A stretch of DNA of 52,583 nucleotides, taken from the NCBI GenBank assembly GCA_025201805.1, contig MU619287.1:1-52583 (forward strand), given 5' to 3'. A program made the position numbers and the translations under genes. The notes beneath the pieces were generated by a model that saw only the letters and a list, made by a program, of their open reading frames with translations, was not told the DNA's origin and searched no databases. Source of the DNA: Parasitella parasitica NRRL 2501. Taxonomy: Eukaryota > Fungi > Mucoromycota. This document shows positions 36,309 to 49,800 of the stretch, piece by piece (the stretch's first letter is position 1; each line of letters begins with the position of its first letter).

Positions 36309-38908
36309 ATTTATTTAAGAATAAACTCTACAGGAATCGAAGATCGTGTTAGAATATTGGTTCCAGGTCTTTTGTAGTCCTCATAATGCTCTTTTCCTTT
36401 GTATGGTGCAGTGTATATATTTCACACACAAAAAAAAAAAAAAATTGAATCCAAATGTGCAATATTGCCCATCCATCTTCTCCATATGTACATTCACAAA
36501 GAAAAAGAGCATTATCTTGCTTCAGCCATCTCCCTTTCCGTTTTATCTGTCATGTCAATGGATGCTTTATATCTTACATTTTAATACGCACAGCAAAGAG
36601 AGAGATCCATCCATTTGCACACTTTTCCTACAGTACTTACTCAATTTGCTGCCCCGTCCTTCAAGTGAGGGTGTTGATTATTTTTCGAGAGGAGACTTCC
36701 CTCGGTCCAAATCAATCAGCATGTAGCAGTGCGTGCCGGACAAAACTGCCTATGCCGAAACAATCATTAATCAAATGCAGCATGTTGCTTTCTATGCATT
36801 GAAGTTCAACTGATATCGTTATTTTTGAACTATATCAGTTGATCCCTTCCCAAGTTATTCTTTTCTTTCAATAATTAATTCACACGTAACAACAAACTTA
36901 CAGCGTGCTTATATTTGCTAAATTTAGTTGTATTTTTGAAGCCTGCATCGACAAATAAACAGAACTGGCAAGATTTTTTTTTTTCCTGTGAGCAAGCAAT
37001 TTAATACAAAAATATTCATCAGAACATAATTGACAATACATGAGCTTGTGTTCATATGTTTTGAAATTGATAAAAAAAAACCCCCTTTAACATCTGATTA
37101 TGGCCCTAAAGACCTCTAAATTGAGGTTTACACTTCATTATATCCAGATGAAAGGCATTAACATTAAGCTAACTGCAAAAACTGTAAATGAGGCCAGTAG
37201 GTTCAATTTGTCTTCGCTTAATATACACACATAGTAATTAGCCAAAATGTTGAGTACTCCATGTCTGAAGAGAAATAATCGCCTAAAACTTAAAAGTTTT
37301 GCATAAATTAGTGCCTGAAATGGCAATACTACATCATTTTCTTTTAGATATTGTTTACGATGCAGTGATGCATCAATTTCCCAACCGGAAGCCAAACTCA
37401 AGTAAACTCAATCCCGAACACACAATCCAGGAACATATCCCAATGGATCATATTCCCTATTTACAACTCAACATGACATGTTCATGGACAAAAGATACAA
37501 TCTATCGTCCCATTTTCTAAATCGTACCATGCCTCACATACCTTATCCTCCTGTCAGTCCACTTGAACTTACTTGTATATAAACCATAATTTTTTCCATG
37601 TATTAAACGAGATCTTTACCTGACTAAAAAATGAAAAATTTCACATTCTGATAAATCATACAGTTTCACAATGACATATTTAATGTGGATCTGCTTGGCC
37701 TGGGTATGCCAGGTCCCTTTTATAACAAGTTATTCCATTCTTTTCATTAGTGTACACGGTTGATCAGAAGGTGCTCTCCATCTTCAGGCTCGTTCCATAT
37801 TTTGTATTGATCGTTTTCAGCATACCCAGTCCCTCTTGCAAAGAGCTGTTATGTTGGAGCTATCCTCGCACAAGACAGTAACGTATGAGCTCTGGGAGGT
37901 TGTTGATGCGGTTTTAAGCGTTTGAAATCGGTCAAAAAGGGTAGCCTTGTGAAGTCTTGATCGAAAATATCACAAGTAAGGGTATTTCCACCATTTAAAA
38001 AAACAGGTCAAGTTGAAACAGTATAGTCGTATCCGGGCAGATGCGCTCTTGTAAAAGTGTGTGGAAAAGATTATCTTTGTACTTGCATAAAGTAAGGTAT
38101 TCATTCATCAACCAGCCAGTAACCACAATTATAAACTGTTTGTTTCTAGAATTAGCAACAAACAGACGAATCAGCCAAATCTATTATAGCTGTTACCAAC
38201 AGTGGCAAACAGAGATACTCTCAGCCTACACTCTATATCTTTTGTTGACAAGAAATAATAGAACGACGTGGGAGATGCTTCCAGTAACAGTAAATAAACG
38301 CCGTTGTCGACAACAAGTAGAGTGTATTTCGCTTCTTGGCCAAAAGGATTTCAGTAAGGGATTATTATCGGTAACAAGAAAAAAACATCGCTATCGATAA
38401 CAAGTACATAGAATCACGGATATAATGGCTGGTGGTTTGCTCATCTCTAATGCAAAACTCCCTCTACCGCGATCAGCAATTTTGAAGGGTGATGTTAATA
38501 ATAGAAGTCAAAATTTCATGCATGATGCCTATTAACCTATAATGCGCAATTCATATGCCCTTGCCACTTTATTACACAAAAACAGGATAAACAAGCATAT
38601 TGAAACAAATCGCATTAAAAGGGTATGGTGATATAATCAGGTGTTTCTTCATTCGCAATTCTATATATATGATACAGCAGTTTCTGCTATTTATATCCCA
38701 TCTTCACATCGTTCAAGTAAAAACAATATATCGTTTATCAGAGCTATTACACGCCCCAGCCTTAGCATTGGATTATTTGGCATTTGCTGAGGCTTATCGT
38801 TGGTCAATGAGCCTAAATGCATTGATGCGACATCCATATATAAAGGGCATGTATTAGCATTATTTCTATAATTTTTTCATTAAACCAACTCAATTCAATC
38901 AATACAAA

Positions 38909-39334
38909 ATGGTCTCTTTCACCTTTCTCAAGTCTGCCTCTCTCTTGGTCTTTGCTGCTTCCTTAGTTTCTGCTGCTCCTGCTAAAAATAAATGTAGCAG
39001 GTTCCGTGTAACGGCTCCTCATTCTTACTTCAAGACAACCGCTGGTCAATGCTACCAAGTTTCGTACGATTTTGGCGGCAATCCTCCATCCAATCCGTCT
39101 TGGGTCTCGGTTGACCTTTACGAGTATAAGACAGACAAATTCATCAACAATTTGGTAAACAAAGTCAAGGCCCATGGCATTGCTACGCCTTGGTTTAATG
39201 TCGATCTAGGTAAATACCACAAATCAGGAGATTACTATTACCTTGTTACCTATGGAAATGGCTGCAAGTCTATCAAGACACCCTACTTTTATGTCAACTA
39301 CAACAAAAATTCTCCTCCTTCAGTTTGCAATTAA
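38909..39334 (+). CDS. Small secreted 4-Cys beta-rich protein, paralogue A (basic)
   Basis: Signal peptide MVSFTFLKSASLLVFAASLVSA, intronless 141 aa, TATATAAA at ~38838. Aligns end-to-end with the next gene. Confidence 0.85.
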   Translation: MVSFTFLKSASLLVFAASLVSAAPAKNKCSRFRVTAPHSYFKTTAGQCYQVSYDFGGNPPSNPSWVSVDLYEYKTDKFINNLVNKVKAHGIATPWFNVDLGKYHKSGDYYYLVTYGNGCKSIKTPYFYVNYNKNSPPSVCN

Positions 39335-39681
39335 GGAATTCTTGAATAAATTGTATGTATTTTAGTAAATAAACGAGTAAATGATGTGTGTCAGTTCTTG
39401 AATTTTGAACAGTCTTGTTGTAAATACATACGGCGATCTTAGGTGTGTGGATGTATACCAAGATACACAATGATATTGAAATTGGTTACACCAGTGGACA
39501 TATCAGGAAAGGTACGCTTCCCTGTAAATTTGCTTGTGCAACTGTACATCTTTTTCATCAAATTCCAAGGAATGTCGATTGCACCCAATTTTTAAGTAAA
39601 CAAATGCTGATGATTGTAAAATAGCACGACGTGTATTCCTCATTTCTTGCTATTTTCTTCATTTATATTTATATTTACAGC

Positions 39682-40131
39682 ATGCAATTTTTCAAGGTCG
39701 CTGTCGCTATTGTGTTGTGTTTTTTTAGTATTGGGATTTTAGCACAGCAACAGCAGGACATATGCGCGGGATTCCGTATCACATCGCCCATCATGGAGCA
39801 TCTAAAATGGACGTCTGGTCAATGCTATCAGGTCTCCTACAATTTAGCCAGCGCCTTACCCTTCCTTGGAGATGGAAATAAGGCCAAGATTTCGGTTGAT
39901 GTGTATAGCGCAGACACCAATGTCAAAATGTCGAGCGTTGTTGTGGGAGAATCTGCAAATAATTTTGGTGGAACCAAAGCGTTCAACCTGCAAGTACCTG
40001 TTACTGGGGCTTACTACTATATGGTTACGCTAATTCAAGGTGATAATGATAATGAAATTCGGTGTGAACCTAAACGGACAGTTACTTTTCAGGTGGATGT
40101 GAATCCAAATTCACCACCTGCCCAATGCTAA
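39682..40131 (+). CDS. Small secreted 4-Cys beta-rich protein, paralogue B
   Basis: Signal peptide MQFFKVAVAIVLCFFSIGILA from ATG 39682. Shares CxxFRxTxP, GQCYQVSY, SVDxY, GxYYYxVT and NSPPxxC with paralogue A. Confidence 0.85.
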   Translation: MQFFKVAVAIVLCFFSIGILAQQQQDICAGFRITSPIMEHLKWTSGQCYQVSYNLASALPFLGDGNKAKISVDVYSADTNVKMSSVVVGESANNFGGTKAFNLQVPVTGAYYYMVTLIQGDNDNEIRCEPKRTVTFQVDVNPNSPPAQC

Positions 40132-40176
40132 ATTGATCTGACATTATGAATAAAATGTATTATTATGTAAAGACGT

Positions 40177-41704
40177 TTATTCGGTTTGTTTCCACTGATG
40201 AATACGAAGTGGATTGATAGTGTTGCTGCTGTTGTTTACAGTATTAGAATTGATGTTATCAGTGGTGTTTCGGTTAGCTTCATTCAATGAGGGTAATGGC
40301 AACTTTTGAAGTGGATTAATATTTACAAAATTAGATTCGTTATTAGCTGCTAGTGTAGACGATAGAGATGGCAATTGACGCTGCTGCTGTGGTGGAGGCG
40401 AAGGGGTATGAAATGATTGCTGTTTCGGCGCTGACACACTTGTTTGCTGCTTCATGGTTCCGAATCTCTTATCAAGGTATTTTGGGTCCATCAAAACAAA
40501 AGGGAAATTCACAGTGTGCGGTGATACCTCTATGGCCTTGAAATTGAAAGAGCTGTTTCGGATAGATTGTGCTTGCAGAACCGTCGACGATGTTGACACC
40601 CTTGGGGAGCCACCTGTAATCAAGTAGTTTTGAGTTTGGACTCCAATGGATCCCTTTTTCAACAGCTTTGAATAATCTGAAATGGCCAAAAATGTGTAAA
40701 ATTTTCAATGTTTTTGCACTTGATCAATCACTTACGTAGACCGCATGCGTTGCAGAGTGTTCTTGCTCCATCAGGTCCACGACGCCATTCAGGAGTTTCT
40801 GTAGTACCACAGGAATGACACTTTTGTCCTATCATATTACGTCTCTGAAATTCGCAAAACAGGTTGTTGTGTATGTTAGCCAACTGAAACTCATAACCAC
40901 AGTTATCAAGATTAAATTACATTTCTTCTGCGGTATTTTGGCCTAGACTGGCTACTGCTATTTTGCAGATTTCTTGCTTGTCTAATGAGTTCATATTCAG
41001 CATGATCTTTCTATGTTCAAGTGTTGGGTTAAAAGCAGCCCTATCTAAATCGAGAAATACCATATCGTTTACATTGACAGATTTACTTTGCTGATCGTCA
41101 ACGTGTTCGTCATCTTCATCTTCATCTTCGTCATCATCGTCGTATTCTTCATAATCCTCATCGTCGTGTTCGCTTTGGCCCTGATTGCGGCGTTTATTGT
41201 ACGTGGTCTTTTCGTTTGAAATGAACTTTTCGGTGGACTGGATGTCCTTGAACGCTTGTTTTGCTAATTCTGACAAGTTTTCGATCACTGTCTCTCTTTC
41301 TATATTGGACATTGTGTTGTGCTGCAGCTTCAACTGCCATATGCTCTCACATAGTTTGGAGCATTGGTTCAGGACCTACGGGTAGAGTTTTCAGTCGCTT
41401 TGTGTACATGGGTGCCTTTATCGTTAGCTTTGCTTACGTTCGCTATTGAGCTTGTTGAGCTTGTTGCTGCATTGCCATCTAATTTGGATGAATTTTTATT
41501 CGATCCAAAACCAGTTTTCGAATCCACATTTTCTAATTTATTTTCATCCTCATGGAAAATCCTGGTTTTTTTTTTTTTTTTATTTCAGTTGGCAAGATAG
41601 AAAATTAGGAAAATGACAACAAAAGTGTATGAATGTGATTACTTTTTGCTTGACATTTTTGGATATTTATCCGGCGAAGTTGAACATAGTTGAGACACAT
41701 CCAT
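40177..41704 (-). CDS. GATA zinc-finger transcription factor (C-x2-C-x18-C-x2-C, NsdD/Brg1-like class)
   Basis: A small exon at ~40737-40845 encodes [28 protein letters not shown] and splices to YSKLLKK. Upstream exons run from ATG 41704 and include an acidic tract. Confidence 0.88.
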
Positions 41705-41829
41705 TTAGACGTCGATATGCAGAGATTAAACAGATGAAGAATTATATGTATATGTATAATAAAAAGGAAAGAAAAAAAAAAGGGAAAAAAAAAAAAAAAA
41801 AAAATGTGTACAAGCTTTTCTTTATTATT

Positions 41830-44376
41830 TTATTTTGGCCTTGAAATAGGTTTGCCAGCCAAAACGTCTATTATTTCTTGGTAATCAAGTGTTTCATATT
41901 CAACGAGAGCATTTGCAAGTTTATCCAACTCTTCGCGATGTTCAACCAGAATATGTCTGGCTCTTTTCTCGCTGGTCTCAATTAGACTCAGGATTTCGCT
42001 TTCGATCAGCTGTTTGGTTTGCGCACTCAACAACTGCATGTCTTCATCGTCGTGACTCACAGGGCCAACTTTTTCGCTCATGCCGTAATAGCGTACCATG
42101 CGTTTGGCCACATCTGTTGCCTTCATAATATCGCTGCTGGCTCCACTAGTGACATTTTCTTGTCCAAATATCAGCTCTTCGGCTACTCTTCCGCCCATAC
42201 AGACGTCAATCTGGGCCAAAAACTCTTTTTTTGTAAAGGAATCCTACAAATCGCATACGTTTATACGTTAAGAAATAATGTATTCCAGTCTTTGAACAAC
42301 TTACTTTGTCCATCTCAGGCAGTTGAACAGTCATGCCTAATGCTGAACCTCTTGGCATAATCGTAGCTTTGTGCAATGGCATGGCTCCAGGTGTATAATA
42401 AGCAACAAGGGCATGTCCGCCCTCATGATACGCCGTTAATCTTTTGTTCTCTTCGGTGATCACTGCAGATTTACGTTCTGCCCCCATAATAATCTTGTCT
42501 TTAGAGTATTCAAGATGGCGTAAATTGACTTCCTTGCAGTTTTCACGGCTTGCTTGGATAGCTGCTTGATTAACCAAATTGGCCAAGTCTGCACCACTAA
42601 ATCCCGGTGTGCCCCGGGCAACAACGCTGACATCTACTTCACTGGCAATGTGGATCTTTTTCATATGATGCTTCAAGATCTCAATTCTCCCTCTCACATC
42701 AGGAAGCGGTACATTGACAGTTCTATCAAATCGACCAGGTCTCACTAAAGCCTTGTCCAGTAACTCGGGGAAATTAGTTGCAGCAATAAAGATAACACCT
42801 TCCGTCTGAGAAAAGCCATCCAGATCAACCAGCAATTGATTCAGGGTCTGTTTCATGTAAGATTGATCTTTGGGATTTCTCTTTGACCCGATGGCGTCTA
42901 TTTCGTCAATAAATACAATGCTAGGTGCCTTTGCTCTAGCAGCAGCAAACAGTTCTCGAACTCTTCTAGCACCTACACCAACATACATTTCATCAAACTC
43001 GCTGCCACTCATAAAAAAGAATGGAACATTGGCTTCACCCGCAACCGCTCTTGCAAGCATAGTTTTACCCGTTCCAGGTGGACCCGTTAATAAAACACCT
43101 TTGGGCAATTTACCTCCCAATTCAGTAAAGCGATGAGGATTCTTCAAGAATTCGACGATTTCTTCCAATTCTTGTTTGGCTTCGTCCACCCCTTGAACGT
43201 CTTCGAAGCGAACAGTCGTTTGCGTTACTGGTTCGTATTCTGTTTGTGAATTAGCCGTCTTCAATAGCCCCGAGTTCTCCAATGCAAGCGATATAATCGT
43301 GATGATACAGAATGCGTAGGTTAAAGTGACACCCACCCATCGCAAGGCCTTCCAGAACATGTATTTACGGGCTTCCTCTACCACAACATAAATAGGGTTT
43401 GACTTGTTGCCAGACACTGAAGGAAGGTTGCTACCAGCACCTTCCATCTTGGCAGCTCGTGCTCCTTGACGGCTTGCAATCACTTGTTGGAGGATTTCCT
43501 TTGTAATTGTATTGTTTGCAGCACTGCTTCCAGCTTCAGACAACTTTTGAGATCCGGACTCTTCTAATTTTTGCAGAATTCTTGCCAACACTTGCTCTGA
43601 TTTTCCTATTTGTGCTAAAGCAGCAATATAGTATTGCCAGCAATCTTCGTTGTGCGCGAAATTTCCACGTTCAAATCTAGTAATGACCGCTTGCGGATTG
43701 TTTGATCTGAGCCATTCCTACAGATCTTGATTAGAATCCTGTGCAAGGGAAATCCAGGCAATATAGCAAACCTTGTATAGCGTCGCTTGCTTGAATGTAT
43801 CTGTTGGAGAGGCATTAGCCTCTTGCTCCAGCTTATTTAACCGACGATAGTTAGTGATGCGGTTGCTGCCTCCACTACTGGAAAACAATGTGCGACGTTG
43901 CTGCTGCTGTTGTTGTCGTTGAAAAGGTTGAAAGGCTTTGGCCTTGAAATTTTCCTTTGGTATAAAACGGGCTATATTCAATGCAATGGCTGGATTTGCT
44001 TTTAATATACGGGTTGCATTTGTCACTGCTCTATTCAGTTGATCGAGATCTGAGGAGAGTATAGATGTCGGTAACTACAAATATTTGGGTTTGGTTTATG
44101 TGAATACATGTGAATACAGCTTGATTTATCCGAAACTTTACAGTCTCCTTGTTCATTTGTATCCATTGCTCATAGTTATGATGTAGATGGGCATGCTTAC
44201 TGATGGAAGGTGCGCGTGACGTAAGGTTGCAATGTTGGAAAAGTCGTGTAGCTTCTGAAGTTACCGTAGCGAGCTTAAGAAAGAAAATTGTACAAGTCTA
44301 TATGGATATCATTGCCATCAGACGATTATTTGTTAAATACCTTTTGTGAAAATGAAAAAGCTCCATATGTGCTCAT
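41830..44376 (-). CDS. YME1: Mitochondrial i-AAA metalloprotease (FtsH family)
   Basis: Walker A GPPGTGKT, Walker B FIDEID, SRH RPGRFD, Zn motif HEGGH and GASSD. 5' exons from ATG 44376 splice in frame. Confidence 0.95.
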
Positions 44377-44803
44377 GGTTTGGTTTTTTGTCCTTTTTTT
44401 TTTTTTTTCTTTTTCTATAGAAAAAGAGATGTTGACTAGATATTATTGCTTGTTGAATAGAAAACTCACAAGTTTCCTGGTACCACCAAACTTGGGAACT
44501 ATGCGAGGGAAAGAGCACTGCTTTTCCCAACGCTTGATGACGTATCCTTGTCAGATTGAACAATGTTCATTTGGGGCATTTTACACCATGATTGGGTATT
44601 CAACAACTTCGTCTACGGATATTCCATGACAGTGCATTGTATCAACGCAATAAAACTTGGCTACATAAAAAAAACAATGATGGATAGTTATAGTAGAAAC
44701 ATGTGCTCTGTCGCTCTTTCATGATGGCCCTTGCTGAATTCAATTTTGGTTGAGACTTTGACTGATATTGATTGAATCCATTGTAGAATCACACTCTTTT
44801 TTA

Positions 44804-44896
44804 ATTTACGTCATGATGGGCCAAAACTATGAAAAAAAAATGAGAAACGGAACAACCTTGTTTTGCTGAAAGGTTAATGCATCAGATTTACGTCAT
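44804..44896. promoter_or_regulatory. Two identical CRE/ATF-type sites (ATTTACGTCAT) in the divergent YME1 / LEA-like promoter
   Basis: The 11-mer occurs at 44804-44814 and 44886-44896, with TATAAAA at ~44978. Confidence 0.55.
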
Positions 44897-45071
44897 TACA
44901 TAATTTGAGCTATAAGAGCCTTTTAATACAGATCTTGAAATATGGTTGTGATAATGATCTCATTTTGAAAAAAAAAGTATAAAACCCCATTAGATTCAAC
45001 TTTTCTTGTTTCGATATATTATTTCACTTGAAATTGCTCGCATCCTCCTATTTTCATTAAACTAATCCGAC

Positions 45072-45735
45072 ATGAACTCTTCCTTTTTAAAAGCCTCTCT
45101 TCGCCGTAATGCCGCTGTTGCCAACAAACGCTTCTATTCCGCTCCTCCTCCACCTCCTCCTTCTGCTACCAATGACAAAAAAGGTGGCAACGGTGGCCTT
45201 TTCTTGGGAGTAGCTGCTTCTCTTGGCGTTGGTTATTACTTGTATCAAAGAAGTTCTGGTAAGTTGAGTTGATATGACATGGTAGAAGAGCATGGCTGAT
45301 AAAATGACTGCATATATAGCTGCCAAGAAGAGCACCACCGAAGGTAATCGTGAATTAGTCCAGCAGAAGATTCAAGAAGGCAAGCAAATTGTTGGTGATA
45401 AAGTTGACGAGGCTGGTCAAGCCGTTAATCAAACGGTTGACAAAGTCAAGGGTAAATATGAGCAAGGAAAGGCCAATGCTGCTTCCAAGGTCGACGAAGT
45501 CAAGGGTAAATATGAGCAAGAAAAGGCCAATGCTGCTTCCAAGGTCGATGAAGCCAAGGGCAAATATGAGCAAGGAAAGGCCACTGCTGCTTCTAAGGTC
45601 GACGAATTGAAGAAGGATGGAGCTGCAAAGTATGAAGAAGCCAAGGATGCCACTGCTCAAAAGGGTCAAGAAGTCCAAAAGGATGTAGGTGAAAAGGTGG
45701 CCGATGCTGGCAAGTCTATCAAGGACAAGGCTTAA
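45072..45735 (+). CDS. LEA-like helical-repeat protein with predicted mitochondrial presequence and single TM helix
   Basis: Arg-rich, acid-free N-terminus ending in KRFYS, TM GLFLGVAASLGVGYYLY, intron 45259-45319 and K/E/A-rich repeats. Confidence 0.8.
45436..45606 (+). repeat. 54-bp (18-aa) coding tandem repeat, ~3.2 copies
   Basis: Units start at 45436, 45490, 45544 and 45598: VD(K/E)(V/A)KGKYEQ(G/E)KA(N/T)AASK. Confidence 0.95.
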
Positions 45736-46896
45736 ATTGCATTCAATTCCTCAATTCATGTATCTTTTTTTTTTATCAACTTGTCTCATACTCTTTAACA
45801 GATGTATTGTGATATGCCAAACTTTGTAATATAGTAAATCTCGCATAAACCTGCTGTTTTGTTGTACAAATAAACTTGATACTTGCCATTATCTAGTTAA
45901 TTACCAGTTTTGTTTGAAAGTTGGACCATCTAACCAAGTACTAGAGTTTGAAAGCTGAAGTATAATTTTGAAGGATATTTTTCCAGTTTTGTATTCCTGC
46001 TCCTCTCAATTTGACTGTAACCATTATGGACATTGATAAGTTTAGCTCCGTAATTTCGAATATTTGGTTTCTTATACAAGACATGTGCAAATTATATTTG
46101 TGATCGAATTACCGGCGACACTTAACCTTTTAGATACAATCCAGGAACGGTTACCATGACCACGTAGTCAAAATAATGGTAACCAATATATTATATGGAT
46201 ACAACTGTATATCAGCTAGCTAATAGAAATGCTGTTATGTTTTTCCTGTGGAATGTAAGGTCATTTGAGAAAAACTTACAGTAAGAGGGGTGGGTGGGTG
46301 GAGACAGCTCGTATGCTCGATATTTAATTGATGTTTAGTGTCCAGAGGTAATAAAACTTGGAATGGTGAAAAAATTAAGCTACAGACATATCAAGAATTG
46401 CAAGTTATTATGTCTTTAGCTATCGATTGCTATCAAGATATGTATAGCTTCTCAATTGAAAATATATGTATGCCTGCAAAGCATATATACAGGAATTCTA
46501 TAGTAAGCATACCATACTACCTACCTTTCCCCCACAAACCTATGAAAAATAGCTTTTTCCGATTTAAATTTATCTCAAACTTGCACATCAATCAGATTCC
46601 TCAAATCAGTATGCTCCAAAACTAATGAATGTTAAATTACCAAAACGTCTACCTATACTCAATGCTTTGAAAACCTTGAGTGTCAAAATAGATGCTTATT
46701 TTCGTTTTGGTTGATAAAAACTTGGGCCTTATACTTAGTATTTATGGTAGATACGCTTTATTTATAAATCTTGAGTTCATACTATTTTAACAAAGCTGAG
46801 ACGCGGGTATTCAAACGAACCTTGATGATTTAAAGCAACACAAAATACACAACGACACAACATTTCCTTTTCCTCTTGTTTATATTTTAAAAGAAC

Positions 46897-49800
46897 ATGG
46901 AGAAGCCTTTACCTTTGAAGCCCAGTAGTTTCTCTACTCGAGATTACATTGCTCGTACACTGGGTCCTTTGGTTGCTGTTGCAGCAAGTGAGGATGCTGA
47001 AGAGCTGTGTCGAGTGAATCATATTCCCTCTTTTGCCGATTTTATAAAGCCATTTGGAGATATGTTCGAGGGACGAGGTACGTAAGACATACTGTACATT
47101 AAAAAAATACATGCCTTCACTCATCCTATTCATATGTTTACAGTAACACCGCGCGATTGGCAAGGCACACCTATTTCCATCGATAATTTTAATATACGTT
47201 TTCGGCCTATTCACAAATTGGAAGAGCCGGATCATCAGGCAGTGATGAACCTAGTACAGGACAGTGTAAAAGAAAAGGGAGAACGATACCAAGGGCTTTT
47301 AGAAGAGATTAGAACTAGAAATGACGTTACCGAAGACTATTTAAGTAGTAAGTAACCACTTTACCTGCCAAAGCCAAAATCATGCTCAAACGTGCAATTG
47401 AAGCACCTCTAGACGACTTGACACCTTGGTATGCAGACTTCAAAAACGCTGTTTTATCGCTTCGAGGAATCACAGAATACGAAACGTTTGATCATCCAGT
47501 GGCTACAATGATTGTCATATCTTCATCAAATCCGGACCCTGTCAGTACGATAATGCAACTTTACAATCCCAATGTGCCATCTTTTACTATCGACAAACCG
47601 TATGTGGATACAAATATTCTGAGGTACTATGTTGTTCTCCATGACCCAAATCGTACCAGCATTGAACAGTAAGAGTTTCTTTATTTTATACAAGCCCTGT
47701 TACTGACATAGCACAGCTCAACTGCAGTGTTTGAGAAACTGAAGCGAACAGTTGGATTACATTGTTATTTGCTCAAAATCAACTCCAGCCCCCGAGACCC
47801 ATTAGATAACGATAGCATAGAAGATCTCTCACAAGATGAAATCAGAACTATTTGGGAGCACGAGCTTACAGAGTCCTATAGCATCGAATCTAAACTACAG
47901 TCTTTCAGCACGTCCTCATCGACTGCGTCTATAAATTTGTTGGATGCAGTAACCAGTCCATCTCTGCCCTCATCATCGATTGTTTCAACTACCTCATCAA
48001 CACCTGGACACTCTCGCTCAACTTCGGTTTCTTCCAACATTAGTAATCCATTACAACCTACAGTGATCCACGGCACTTCTGTGCAGTCTTTGCCCATTGA
48101 TGTGCTGAACGACCAGGCACAACCCACGAGCAACACGGGTGAAAATGCAACCACGAGTATTGCAGTAGAAACCCCCGTTGCGCCTGCTATTCAGTATGGT
48201 CGGTGCATGACCGCTGACGATGTAGATAATGTAAAGGCAATGGTGCGCGAATTTACCACGCAAAGCATGATTCCATTCATGGAGCGCAATATTCAACATT
48301 GGAACGAGCAAGTAGCGTCTGCTCGCCGTGGTATAACAGGTCGTCTTTTTGGTGCTAGTCGTCGTCTCTTTGGGACATCGACGCGAAATCCCACAACACA
48401 ATCCGTACAAACGATTACAGTGTATGGTCCCAACGTACCTGTGGGTGCCAACACGCTGACGATATACCCTTACGCAGCGCCTGAAGCACAGATGAGAAAA
48501 TTGGCTGATTATGCCTTCATGTTGCGAGACTACAAGTTTGCTCACACCATTTATGATACAGTGCGCAGAGATTATGCAACCGAAAAGGCTTATAAACACC
48601 ATGCAGGAACTCAAGAGATGATGGGCATCTGTTTATTGATGTCGAGCCAGCCGCTGACAAATAAAACTGACGTGGATCGACATTTCGAACTGGCTGTTCA
48701 ACAATATCTGGGACGCTGCAGATCGCCTTATCATGCTACTCGAACCACTATTATATATTATGAGCTACTGAAAGCTCGTCGCTTGTGGAAGGACATTCCT
48801 ACAGCACTTGTGCGCATGACAGGTGAAGATTCGGATCTAAGATCAGGTTTATTCTTGGAACAGGCGGCTCACTGTTTCCTGAGGGCACGTAAACCCATGG
48901 TCAGAAAATACGGCTTTCATTTGGTCATGGCTGGTCATCGTTATGGCAAAGCATCGCAGCGTTTGCATGCTTACCGATCTTACAAAATGGCCTCGTTTGT
49001 GTTAGAGAGTAATTCATGGTCTGTTGCAAAATCGCACATTCAGTTTGCTCTAGGCCGTCAAGCGTTTCATCTAGGCCGTTTGGACGATGCAGTAACTTAT
49101 TTCTCAAACGTTTTGACCGATACAAGGCAGACTCCACAGCAGCAAGTTGCTCATATTCGAGAATTCCTATTCATCTATAAGCAGTATACAGCATCGGTTG
49201 GTATAGATCCCCTTAAAGAATCGCTGCCGCATTTGGCGCTTCCTATAATTCAAGACAAAGATATACAAGTGACTCTATCCAACGCACAATCAAATACAGC
49301 ACATCGAGAAGAGTGGGCTTCTATGGAACTGGAGCTTCTGGAAGAGAGTATTGCTAATGGGTATATATCCAGCTCTAAGAGGGCGATGGCTGTTCAGCAA
49401 CAAGATGATCACCGTGTAGTGAGCGCTGTAGGAGGTAAAAAGCCAAATTGACCAAACCCAGCGAGGAGAGAAATTCACACTTGCATATATTTAGAGCCTG
49501 CCATTGTTCATATTGAGCTTTTCAATCCTCTGCAAGTACCTATTTCACTAAGTCAATTGATTTTGGGCTGCCAATACCAAAAATCAACAGAAGTACAGGA
49601 GGTAACAGTTGACGCCTACGAGGTTATGCCAGAAGGCAAGCAACAAGGCGATTCAGACATGTACGAATTTGAGAATTTCGAGTTGCAAAAGATCAGCGAT
49701 ATCCCGTTGGAGCCAATGGAAAAGAAAACGGTAAGCAGTAAATGTAATTGCTAGATACTTTATTGACCTCGCCTATCAGATTAATCTTGCGATATTGCCT

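Noticed and set aside
37600-38500. Possible pseudogene between RPL17 and the secreted pair
   Set aside because: No sustained frame or motif recognised.
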